Assembly (NCBI GenBank): GCA_038231135.1
Contig: JBBRLX010000001.1
Coordinates: 32,001-96,000 of the forward strand
Source of the DNA: Candidatus Eiseniibacteriota bacterium
Lineage (GTDB): Bacteria; Eisenbacteria; RBG-16-71-46
Length of the DNA: 64,000 nt
Reading direction: 5' to 3'
Shown: piece by piece, positions 16,146-24,780 of the stretch
Layout: the number at the start of each line of letters is the position of its first letter
Numbering within the stretch: position 1 is the stretch's first letter
The notes under the pieces: generated by a model
Seen by the model: only the letters and a program-made list of their open reading frames with translations
Database searches by the model: none
Told to the model about the DNA's origin: nothing
Position numbers and translations under genes: made by a program

Positions 16146-19100
16146 ATGAAACTCCCAAGGGTTCACCCGTTCCTGACCACGGCGCTCGTCGCCACGCTCT
16201 TCACCTCGATCCTCGCATCCACTTCCGGGGCGCAACTGCTCCTCAACGAGAATTTCTCGTACACCCCAGGCACGAATCTCACCGCCAACGGGTGGGTTGC
16301 CCACAATGCCGGCGGCACGAACCCGATTCCCGTGGCGAACTTCGGACTCGCCTACCCTGGCTATCCCTCGTCGGGAATCGGATTCGCGGCCGGCCCCCTG
16401 GCGCCGAGCGGCGAAGACGATAACCGGACGTTCGCGCAGCAGACGACCGGGACCGTCTATCTCGCGGCGCTGGTCGCCATGAACGGCGCCCAGGCCGCAG
16501 GGGATTACTTCCTTCACCTGGCCTCGGCCCCGGTCAGTACCTCGTTCTTTGGCCGCGTCTTCGCACGAAGCAGCGGGACCGGGTATCAGCTCGGGCTAGG
16601 ATTCACGACCGAGACCCCGGTCTATGGGGCCACGGTCTATCCGTTCGGCCAACCTCAACTCGTCGTCGTCAAGTACACGTTCCTCGCCGGACTCAACAAC
16701 GACCAGGTCGCGCTGTTTGTGAATCCGACGCCGAACGCTACCGAGCCGCCGCCAACGCTCGCGACCTCGAACCCGGTCGCCGTCGACGCCTCGAATCTCG
16801 GCGGCGTGGCGCTCCGTCAGGGCTCGGCCTCCGCGTCCGCATCGCCGGTCGTGGACGGCATTCGAGTCGGCCGCACCTGGGGCGACGCCATAGGACAGAC
16901 CTGGGCCATCCTGGCCTCGGCGGGTCCTGGCGGACAGATCGCTCCTTCCGGCGGTGTCACCGTGCCCAATGGCGGGAGCGTAATGTTCAACGTCACCCCA
17001 GCCCCATCCTTCGCGATCCAGGACGTGCTGGTGGACGGCGTCTCGATCGGGCCCGCTCCGATCTACACGTTCTCCAACGTGACCGCGAACCACACCATCA
17101 GCGCCGCGTTCGTGGCCTCCTCCAACGGCGTGTCGGGGCTCGCGTTCCAGCAGCTCGAATACTCGGCTCCCGACGCCGACGTCTACCCGAATTCACGCTA
17201 CATGCGGTGCAGCTTCGACTACCTTCCCGGTCCCGATCGCCAGTTCATCAACGTCCTGGTGCGTGGCGGTGGGAATCCGTCCGGGGATTGGCTGGTGCGC
17301 AATCTCTACCTGCCGCCGACCTCGGTGGCGCCTCCGATCGAGCACCTGTCCTATGGAATCCCGCTGTGCTGCGACGGGCTCTCGGTGTTTTCGTACGAAT
17401 ACGACTACCGGATCACGTCCAACCCGATCTCGGACGCGGACGCGAATGCATGGCTGCCGGCCGCGAATTGGCAGGGTCCTCTCCAGGTCACACACACGGT
17501 GCTCGAGCGCGGGGACGCGCCCGCGGATCCCGCCGCGGTGGGCGTGACTCCCGAATTGTGGAGCTGGTTCCTTGCCTTCAATCCTCCGTTGCTCTCGGAC
17601 ACCCTGGCCTATATCGGTTGCAACATGCCGAACGTCGACCTGGACGACTCGACGCACGCCGGCGACCTCAATGGATGCGTGCCCGCTTCGTGCGCCAACA
17701 GCATGACGTGGCTCAAGGGGCAGCATGCCCAGATCGACCTGCCGCCCGATCTGCGCAAGACCTTCGAGCAGCTCAGCAATCTCATGAATCGGCTGGCCGG
17801 ACAGGGCGCGACCCAGGATGAGATGATCAAGGCCAAGCTCGATCTCATCGAGGCATACGGCCTCCCGATCCGCGTCGACTATCAGTCGGTCAACCTGGAG
17901 GGGAACTTCAACAGTACGAGTGGCAAGAGCCACGCCACCTGTCACGACGCGAATGCCAGCGACTGGCCGATGCTCGACTGGCTCAATTCCGAAGCGAAGG
18001 ACGGCGAGGACGTCGAATTGTTCGGAGGCTATTACTACCACGATGGCGCCGGCTGGCACCGGGCGGGCGGGCACGCGGTGGTGGTCTCGGGGGTGGGAAC
18101 CCGGGCCGGAGTCCCATGGGTCGAATACAAGGACGACGCCGACCAGAAAAAGCCCGGGGGCCAGGAGCAGCAGTCGAGCGACATCGATGTCGTGGCCGGC
18201 TTGATGCACATTCCCGGGATCGATGGATGGCTCAAGGTAGGCGGCGTGTGGCACGACTGCGTCTTCCTCGTCCAGGGTGTCGTGGCGGAGAGTTATGACG
18301 CGAGCGTCGGCTCGGTTCCGACCAACGAGAACTTCGGCGATTACTGTCAATGGATCATCCGCACGATCCGCCCCGGCGCCAAGCTGACCGTCACCTATCC
18401 CCACGGCAACCGGTGCTTCAACTCGACCGTCTGGGTGGAGGATCGCACCGTCAAGCCGCCGGTGTGGCGCAAGACGGCCACCTGGAACTTCAACAGCGAC
18501 TCCACTCGCACTTACGTCAACTCCAGCGACAGCTGCCTATCCGTAGCGGTCCACAACGACGATCACACCTACTCGGGTGGCCTCTACGTGCCGTTCGGCA
18601 TTACCGCGGCCATGCCCGCGGGGGGCGGAACGAGCTCGATCAGCAATCCCGCCGCATATGGAGGGTTCTCGCTGGGCGGCGCGGACGGGTCCGCGGGCGA
18701 GTTCGGATCCCCGGCAGGCCCGGCGGTGACCGTTGACTGCTCAGATGGCATGCTGCTGTCGCAGGTTCCGGGTCGGATGGGAGTGGGAAGCGGCGTGCTG
18801 CAGCTCACGCTGACAGATCCCACCACCAACAACCCCTATTGGGGGCACCTCGGCCTCAACCTCCACGTGCTGTCGGTCGCGAGCGCCGGCCTGCTCGACG
18901 TGGATGTTCCGTCGAATGGATTCCATGGAACGCTCCTGATCGATCACCCGGGCCTCTATACCCTCGACTTCGGCCCGACCGGCCCGCTGCCGCTCGTCTA
19001 CGCGACCACGCTGACGTGCGAGCCCGGCGTCGATTTCGACCTCGATGCGCTCGGCATTCCCTCGCTGGCGCTAACCGTCTCGGTGCCCAGGGCGGGGACG

Positions 19101-19382
19101 CCGCTCACCGCCGGCCTGTGGAATCAGGGGCCGAATCCGACGCACGACGCGCTGCGCATGAGATTCGACCTCCCGCGCCGGAGCACGGTGTCGCTCGCGC
19201 TGTTCGACGTTTCCGGCGCGCGGGTCGCGACGCTCGCATCCGGAGTGATGGAGGCCGGCAGCTACGCCAGGTCGTGGTCGATCGATCAATCGGCCGGCCG
19301 CCGGCTCTCGGCAGGACTCTACTTCTGCAAGCTGGTCACCGAGCAGGGTAGCTGGGCCACGCGGATCGTGATCGTCCGATAG
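16146..19382 (+). CDS. Large secreted multidomain protein (InlB-B-repeat-like domain, putative papain-like Cys protease domain, FlgD-Ig C-terminus)
   Basis: GGAG RBS, signal peptide; SAGPGGQIAPSG...YTFSNVTANHTISAAF; GCVPASCANSMTWL ... GHAVVVSG; PNP...FDVSGARV...SAGLYF. Confidence 0.75.
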   Translation: MKLPRVHPFLTTALVATLFTSILASTSGAQLLLNENFSYTPGTNLTANGWVAHNAGGTNPIPVANFGLAYPGYPSSGIGFAAGPLAPSGEDDNRTFAQQTTGTVYLAALVAMNGAQAAGDYFLHLASAPVSTSFFGRVFARSSGTGYQLGLGFTTETPVYGATVYPFGQPQLVVVKYTFLAGLNNDQVALFVNPTPNATEPPPTLATSNPVAVDASNLGGVALRQGSASASASPVVDGIRVGRTWGDAIGQTWAILASAGPGGQIAPSGGVTVPNGGSVMFNVTPAPSFAIQDVLVDGVSIGPAPIYTFSNVTANHTISAAFVASSNGVSGLAFQQLEYSAPDADVYPNSRYMRCSFDYLPGPDRQFINVLVRGGGNPSGDWLVRNLYLPPTSVAPPIEHLSYGIPLCCDGLSVFSYEYDYRITSNPISDADANAWLPAANWQGPLQVTHTVLERGDAPADPAAVGVTPELWSWFLAFNPPLLSDTLAYIGCNMPNVDLDDSTHAGDLNGCVPASCANSMTWLKGQHAQIDLPPDLRKTFEQLSNLMNRLAGQGATQDEMIKAKLDLIEAYGLPIRVDYQSVNLEGNFNSTSGKSHATCHDANASDWPMLDWLNSEAKDGEDVELFGGYYYHDGAGWHRAGGHAVVVSGVGTRAGVPWVEYKDDADQKKPGGQEQQSSDIDVVAGLMHIPGIDGWLKVGGVWHDCVFLVQGVVAESYDASVGSVPTNENFGDYCQWIIRTIRPGAKLTVTYPHGNRCFNSTVWVEDRTVKPPVWRKTATWNFNSDSTRTYVNSSDSCLSVAVHNDDHTYSGGLYVPFGITAAMPAGGGTSSISNPAAYGGFSLGGADGSAGEFGSPAGPAVTVDCSDGMLLSQVPGRMGVGSGVLQLTLTDPTTNNPYWGHLGLNLHVLSVASAGLLDVDVPSNGFHGTLLIDHPGLYTLDFGPTGPLPLVYATTLTCEPGVDFDLDALGIPSLALTVSVPRAGTPLTAGLWNQGPNPTHDALRMRFDLPRRSTVSLALFDVSGARVATLASGVMEAGSYARSWSIDQSAGRRLSAGLYFCKLVTEQGSWATRIVIVR

Positions 19383-19493
19383 CCGCGGCATTCACGAAAC
19401 TGGCTGCTCGAGGAGACTCGGGCGGCCAGTTCTCGTACGCGCGTGAACCCGGCCTCCGGCGGGACCGGGGCTGCCCCCGAACCGCACCCACCG

Positions 19494-20684
19494 TCACTTC
19501 ACGACGATCAGTCCCGACAACATTCCCATTCCGCAAGTGAACGGCAGGTTGCCGGGATCGCGCGGTGTGAAACGGACCAGCACGGTCCGCCCGACGGGAA
19601 CGTCGCGGCGAATGCCGAGGCCCGGGATCACGACGGTGCCGCCACAATTGCCGGCATGTGGGCGCGTGAACGCGAGGACGGCCGGCTGTCCCTGACGGAG
19701 CTCAACTCGCGCCGGTGTGTATCCCGAAGCCGAGATCGAGATCCGCACGGCCGCTTCGGGAACGACGGGCGCGGGACGGGCTGCGACGGGTGCGGCGGCG
19801 GCTACGTCGAACACAAACGGCACCGTGGTGACACGACCGGCACGCTGGAACTGCATCCACAGCTTGTAGCGCCCCGCGTGCGGAAAACTGGTGGCCGCGC
19901 GGATCGTCGACGGACTCGGGCCAATGAGCACCTTGCCGAGCAGCGCCGGATCGTGCACGTGCACGGCGGACGGATCCTGCGAGGGATCGAAAATCTCGCC
20001 GGTCTCGAGCGGGTGCGCGTGGATGAAGTCGCGCAGGTCCGCGCTGACGACAATAAAATGCGCCAGCGCGCCGAGGTAGAGCTGGAGGTCCGTGACGGGA
20101 TGCTCATCGGACGCGTAGGCCAGTGATGCCTCGATCAGGAGGTCCGCATTGGCGCGTGGCGCGCGGTCGAACCGGAGCGTCACCCGCACGCTGTCGACGG
20201 TGTGAACCAGTTCGGCATCCGGGGTGAGTCGGGCCGGCGCCGGCGTGGCTCCGCTCACTGCCACGTCGAACGGATCGACGCGGGTGCCCGAGCCGGGCGG
20301 CGTGTAATCCGCGAACAACCGGTACCTGCCCCCATGATTGAACGCGTGCGTCACGCTATAGGCGTCGTCGAGTCCCAGCTCCGGATGGATGTGGGCAAAC
20401 TCCGACAGATCGCGCGACACGACGATGAGGTGCATCGGGCGCTCGTGTACGAACTGGAGGAAGCGCACGGAGGTGCCGAGCGCATCCCGCACGCGGAGGC
20501 TCAGCTCCGCGGGCTCTCCGGCGCGCGGCGTCGCGGGCCGCGTCACCAACTCGGCGTGAAACGTGCGCGCTCCCGCCGCGGCGGCCGGTAGCGCCGCGCC
20601 CATCGCCAGCACGAGCGCCACGAGCGGCGCTCCCCACCGCACCCGCTCCAGGCACCGTGAGCCACCCCGCCGCACGCGGTTCAT
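19494..20684 (-). CDS. Secreted His-rich heavy-metal-binding protein with C-terminal cupredoxin-like domain
   Basis: HERPMHLIVV, FAHIHP, LGALAHFIVV, FIHAHP; C-terminal NCGG...FTCGMGM. Confidence 0.75.
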   Translation of the reverse strand: MNRVRRGGSRCLERVRWGAPLVALVLAMGAALPAAAAGARTFHAELVTRPATPRAGEPAELSLRVRDALGTSVRFLQFVHERPMHLIVVSRDLSEFAHIHPELGLDDAYSVTHAFNHGGRYRLFADYTPPGSGTRVDPFDVAVSGATPAPARLTPDAELVHTVDSVRVTLRFDRAPRANADLLIEASLAYASDEHPVTDLQLYLGALAHFIVVSADLRDFIHAHPLETGEIFDPSQDPSAVHVHDPALLGKVLIGPSPSTIRAATSFPHAGRYKLWMQFQRAGRVTTVPFVFDVAAAAPVAARPAPVVPEAAVRISISASGYTPARVELRQGQPAVLAFTRPHAGNCGGTVVIPGLGIRRDVPVGRTVLVRFTPRDPGNLPFTCGMGMLSGLIVVK

Positions 20685-20694
20685 CGCGGTGGGC

Positions 20695-21987
20695 TCACCG
20701 TACTACGACGAGATGCCGCGACTGCGTCCATGCGCCGGCCCGTAACTCGTAGAAGTACACGCCCGCTGCCAGCTTCGCGGTGTCGAGCGTGACGTCGTGT
20801 GCGCCGGCGGCCCGCATGCCTTCGACCAGCGTCGCCACGCGGTGACCGTTGAGGTCGTAGAGTTCGAGCCTAACCTTGCCAGCCCGCGGTAACTCGAAGC
20901 GGATCGTGCTGCGCGCCACCGCCGGATTGGGCTGATTCTGCGCCAGTGTGAGCACGTTCGCGCCGGGTGCGGCGCCACCGACGCCCGTCGTGGGAGTCCA
21001 GGCCGTCACCGGCTCCGAGATCGTGACGTGGCCGTGTGACGTGATGTCATCGGTGGCGACGACCCCGTAGTAGCTGGGACCGATGTCGTATGGGTAGACT
21101 GCGGCCCCAGTGGCGTCGACCGTGACGTAGTAGGCGTAGGTGCCCCCGGGATACTCCGGCGTGACTGCGAACCGGCCGTTGAATTCGTCAAGATCCCCGA
21201 GGCCGGCGATGTGCGCGTAGTCCTCGACGTAATATCCGAGCGGATAGTTCGCGGACACCGCGGGGCCGTACTGGGACGGCGTGAGCACGGTGCCATCGGG
21301 CAGCACCTGGCGCACGACAATGTTGCGCACGCCATAGCTGGAGCGGATCCGCGTGATGCCGCCGGTGCCGTCGGTGTTCGCATAACCGTAGGGGCCGTAG
21401 ACCGGGAAGCCGTCGAACGCGAATCCCAGCAACTGCGAATGTCGCGTCGAATCCGCGCCGTACAGACACGACGCGTTCTCGTGGTTGTGGTAGTTGCCGC
21501 CCGGCGCCGGATGCCCGAGGCAGGCGTCGAACGATGGACCCTCGACGGTGACCGCGTTCTGGTGCCAGATGTTCTGGTTGAGGTACGAGTGGGCGTCGAG
21601 CGCGTTGAAGATCGACACCCCGTTGGTCCAGACGCCAACCGTGCCCAGCGGCGTCGACGTCTTGGTGCCGGCATTCACGACCGGCGACCTGGGGAACCGC
21701 AGCAGGAAGTCCTGGTTGGTCGGCGTGTTGGGGTTCCCCGGCCACGGCCCGATGCTGTAGGAGGGAATGCTGGTGCAATTGACGTAGACCGAGGTGGCCG
21801 AGTAACGAACCGTCTGGATATTGGCCGGCAGCCCCCCGTAGCCGGTCAGGCCGGAGACGTTCCGCCGCCACACGGCCAGCTCCGGCGGGTCGGCGGCACG
21901 CGCGGCATGGCTCGCCGCCATTCCCACGGCGAGAGCCATCGTGGACACGAGCGCCCAGTGGACGGGTGAGATCCTGCGTTTGGCCAT
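20695..21987 (-). CDS. YHYH-domain protein with T9SS-like C-terminal domain
   Basis: GVWTNGVSIFN, DACLGHP..GNYHNH, HSQLLGFAFDGFPVYGPYG, LDEFNGRF..TPEYP.G.YAY; LAQNQPNP...AGVYFY. Confidence 0.85.
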   Translation of the reverse strand: MAKRRISPVHWALVSTMALAVGMAASHAARAADPPELAVWRRNVSGLTGYGGLPANIQTVRYSATSVYVNCTSIPSYSIGPWPGNPNTPTNQDFLLRFPRSPVVNAGTKTSTPLGTVGVWTNGVSIFNALDAHSYLNQNIWHQNAVTVEGPSFDACLGHPAPGGNYHNHENASCLYGADSTRHSQLLGFAFDGFPVYGPYGYANTDGTGGITRIRSSYGVRNIVVRQVLPDGTVLTPSQYGPAVSANYPLGYYVEDYAHIAGLGDLDEFNGRFAVTPEYPGGTYAYYVTVDATGAAVYPYDIGPSYYGVVATDDITSHGHVTISEPVTAWTPTTGVGGAAPGANVLTLAQNQPNPAVARSTIRFELPRAGKVRLELYDLNGHRVATLVEGMRAAGAHDVTLDTAKLAAGVYFYELRAGAWTQSRHLVVVR

Positions 21988-22132
21988 GATTCCCTCCGGT
22001 TTCGTCGCGTTTGGATCTGGCTGTGCGCCCCGAGTGTTCGAGGTCGGGAGCGGGAGCCAGCGCGCCCGGCCGAGTCCCGCACCCGGCGTACTCGCGCCTC
22101 ATTACCTTAGGAGACCCTACACGTGAGGTGTG

Positions 22133-23233
22133 TCAGAGTTGTCGCAGAGCCTTGAAGAATCGTGACCGGGTGGGGTGGGTCTGCCGGTTCCAGCTCACGA
22201 GGTCGCGCCACGACGCGGGGCGTCCGCCCTCGGTCCACACCATGCGCGATCGGAGCAGGAATTCCTGAGCTGGAGCGCCCGGCGAAGCGATTTCGCCGAC
22301 GCCGATCTCGTTGTGGTGACGAGATTGAACCGTCATCACCTGACCGGAGGCGAGGTCACGCGACAGGAGGGTCGAGCGTCGCAATGCGGGCGCGAACCGT
22401 CGTACGAATCGAACGATGAAGAAGATGATCAGTGCGGGGGCCACCAGTCCGAGCAGGCGATGCTCGCCGGAGCGAATCCAGCCCAGAAGCAGCATGACGC
22501 CGATCGCCGAGTAGGGGATGAGCCAGAACAAGCGTCGCCAGCTTGCCCGCCACACGTGTCGGATGTATTGGCGAATCTCCTCCCGCTCGGCAGCGCTCAG
22601 CGATCGCTGGACGAGCTCCTTGTCGGGATCGGTCACGACGGCGATTCCGTGCGGAACGGGCGCGCGCATGGCATAGGTCGGAGCTGCTGCCACGGCCCGC
22701 ACTCGCACCCTCAGCGCCTGCCAACTACCGCGTCGGTCTTGATACACGACGCTGCGCGATACGGCGAGCACGGCGATGCGCTGGTCGCCTGTCCAGCCTG
22801 GCTGCAGCACGCCTGCGGTAACGAGTGCCGCAAGGTCGGCGTCGGCTCCCGGTGTCACCGAGACGGTGCCGGCGAATTCGAGAACGGTTCCATCTGTAAT
22901 GTCTGCGAGAAGCGGGGCACGCGCTCGCCACAGAGCGTGCGCACGCCAGACGAGGGCGACGATCGAAGCGAAGAACCCCAGCACGGCCACCGCGGACGCG
23001 ACGATCGAGGCCATGGGGCCGATGTCTGGTGCGCGATAGCCCTCCAGCGCAAACGGTAGCAGGACGAGGGCGGCCAGGATCCCAAGGATCCCCCACCAGC
23101 TCCGCAGCAGGCCTCGGGCGATCGCGGTGACCGCCTGACGCTCGTCCGGCATCATCGAGCGAACGCCGACATAGGGGAGCCCCGCGCACCAACGGTCGGA
23201 CTCGGCGAGAGGGTCTTCTTCGAGCGCCTGCAT
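22133..23233 (-). CDS. Hypothetical membrane protein (two pairs of TM helices)
   Basis: Four hydrophobic segments; ATG at 23233 lies 7 nt below a GCCGATAC element (alternative GTG at 23236). Confidence 0.65.
   Translation of the reverse strand: MQALEEDPLAESDRWCAGLPYVGVRSMMPDERQAVTAIARGLLRSWWGILGILAALVLLPFALEGYRAPDIGPMASIVASAVAVLGFFASIVALVWRAHALWRARAPLLADITDGTVLEFAGTVSVTPGADADLAALVTAGVLQPGWTGDQRIAVLAVSRSVVYQDRRGSWQALRVRVRAVAAAPTYAMRAPVPHGIAVVTDPDKELVQRSLSAAEREEIRQYIRHVWRASWRRLFWLIPYSAIGVMLLLGWIRSGEHRLLGLVAPALIIFFIVRFVRRFAPALRRSTLLSRDLASGQVMTVQSRHHNEIGVGEIASPGAPAQEFLLRSRMVWTEGGRPASWRDLVSWNRQTHPTRSRFFKALRQL
22195..22234. repeat. 40-bp direct repeat, copy 1 (inside the 3' end of the membrane-protein gene)
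   Basis: tcacgaggtcgcgccacgacgcggggcgtccgccctcggt; 37/40 identical to 24659-24698. Confidence 0.9.
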
Positions 23234-23240
23234 CACCCCG

Positions 23241-23267
23241 GTATCGGCACGGGACGGCGTTGGCTAA
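23241..23267 (-). promoter_or_regulatory. sigma28-like promoter TTAG-N15-GCCGATAC
   Basis: 15-nt spacer; ATG 7 nt downstream; no canonical AGGAG SD. Confidence 0.55.
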
Positions 23268-23420
23268 AGGTCGCTGCCGGCTGCACTCGGGGTTCGGATC
23301 GAACCTGGGTCGCAGATCGAGGACCGCATGGAGATCTGGCTTCGCCGCCGACCCGGCAGTGGCGCGCCGCAATCCTGGCGCATCTCGAATGGCGCGGGGT
23401 AAATCTCAGGACAACGCCGC

Positions 23421-24287
23421 CTATTCGGCGGGTACGGGTCGGAATCGTATCGCGAACGACTGGCCTTGAAGATTGACATGTACTTCGAAGTCACAGGTGT
23501 TCGCCCTGTTCAGCATACGTTGGACACCCTCGTAATAGTCTTGCTGAGCGTGCGTCACGGCGCCCGAGTACTTCTCAAGGCTGCGGTTGGGCCCCGCTTC
23601 CGTGGGCATGTCTGCAAATCGCGGAAAATAGACGTACCCATTTACAGTTTTGCCGGAGAACATCGTGTTCCTTCGCAACACGCCCTCGCTTACGCTGCTT
23701 GAAAACGTGTCGTACCAGGTGGCTGTGTTTGTCGCCGCTTGTATCGTCTGAGCCGTTGCGCGTTCGCTGAGGGCGTCGCGCTTCTCCTGCGCGTCGTTGA
23801 CCACGAATCCGTTTCCAGACTGAGAACCTGTCCCGGTGATTGTCGTGGGTGGGACTTGTTGTGCCTTGAAGGCACGAAACGCACCTGCAATAGCCGCGAA
23901 TATGAGAGCGCTCGTCTTGTCGTCCGAAATCTGAGCGAGGACATGCTGTGGGGACTCGGGCTCCAGGGAGAACGTCACGGCTTTCTTGGGATCCGTGGCC
24001 TGAATGGAGAACGTCGTTCGTGGTTCAAACAAGAATTCGCCCTGCGACCGGTTTTGGAACATGCACCACAGTCGCATGTACCTGGTTGATGAGAGGTTCG
24101 TTGATTCGAGAACCAGCCACATCGAAATACTATCGCCTTGCACGGCCGCAATGGCCTGCCCGTTCGACCACACGCACGAGACGTGCACGGTTGGAACGGG
24201 GGCAAACACGATCGTGTTAGGGTCAGCCGATACTGTGGCGCGGAGTGCCGCACACAGCATGACCGTGATGACGCCTACACGGAACAT
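23421..24287 (-). CDS. Hypothetical secreted protein, atypical (more AT-rich) codon usage
   Basis: GAGGGGGG RBS, signal-like N-terminus, LRRNTMFSGKTVNGYVYFP motif. Confidence 0.7.
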   Translation of the reverse strand: MFRVGVITVMLCAALRATVSADPNTIVFAPVPTVHVSCVWSNGQAIAAVQGDSISMWLVLESTNLSSTRYMRLWCMFQNRSQGEFLFEPRTTFSIQATDPKKAVTFSLEPESPQHVLAQISDDKTSALIFAAIAGAFRAFKAQQVPPTTITGTGSQSGNGFVVNDAQEKRDALSERATAQTIQAATNTATWYDTFSSSVSEGVLRRNTMFSGKTVNGYVYFPRFADMPTEAGPNRSLEKYSGAVTHAQQDYYEGVQRMLNRANTCDFEVHVNLQGQSFAIRFRPVPAE

Positions 24288-24361
24288 TACGCCCCCCTCG
24301 CAGGCATCTCGCGGAAACGAGATGCTTTACCTGGATGTATCGGCGTCCGCAGGTGCCAAAT

Positions 24362-24652
24362 CTAGTGCTGGGTTGAAGATCGGGCGTCGGTCGGGAGCAT
24401 GATGTGCAGGGTTGGGTCGTGGCTCGCCCAATCGACGCTCCAGAACGCGTCACCCTTGATCGAGCGATGGATCGCCATCCGGTCGCGATAGGTGAACTCG
24501 ATCTCGATTCTGCGCCATTGCGCCGAGTCGACGTAGTCTCCCAGTTGATGGCGGACGATCTGTTCGAGTCGATCCCGTGCACGTTCCAAAGATCCATAGC
24601 CCACTCGTGGACCCGGGCCGTTCGATCGTCCAGGGCGTGTCCGCGATGGCAT
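24362..24652 (-). CDS. Small hypothetical protein
   Basis: Most protein-like of the overlapping frames (LERARDRLEQIVRHQLGDY...IEIEFTY); weak support. Confidence 0.35.
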   Translation of the reverse strand: MPSRTRPGRSNGPGPRVGYGSLERARDRLEQIVRHQLGDYVDSAQWRRIEIEFTYRDRMAIHRSIKGDAFWSVDWASHDPTLHIMLPTDARSSTQH

Positions 24653-24658
24653 GAGAGT

Positions 24659-24698
24659 TCACGAGGTCGTGTTACGACGCGGGGCGTCCGCCCTCGGT
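24659..24698. repeat. 40-bp direct repeat, copy 2 (stop-containing copy abutting the tRNA remnant)
   Basis: tcacgaggtcgtgttacgacgcggggcgtccgccctcggt; in the gene's frame TGG has become TAA. Confidence 0.9.
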
Positions 24699-24762
24699 GC
24701 GCCGCGAAGGAATCGAACCTTCAACCTACTGATTAAGAGTCGGTAGCGACCGGACATGGCGC
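24696..24762 (-). pseudogene. Degenerate/partial tRNA-Lys(CTT): anticodon loop, T-arm and acceptor 3' strand intact, D-arm missing
   Basis: Minus strand GACTCTTAATCAGTAGGTTGAAGGTTCGATTCCTTCGCGGCGCACC; T-stem GAAGG/CCTTC with TTCGATT loop. Confidence 0.8.
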
Positions 24763-24780
24763 CCGGCTGGCTCGCGGACG

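Noticed and set aside
23255..23419. Possible integron attC site (long imperfect inverted repeat)
   Set aside because: The ends read GTT...AAC rather than RYYYAAC...GTTRRRY, and no integron integrase is present.
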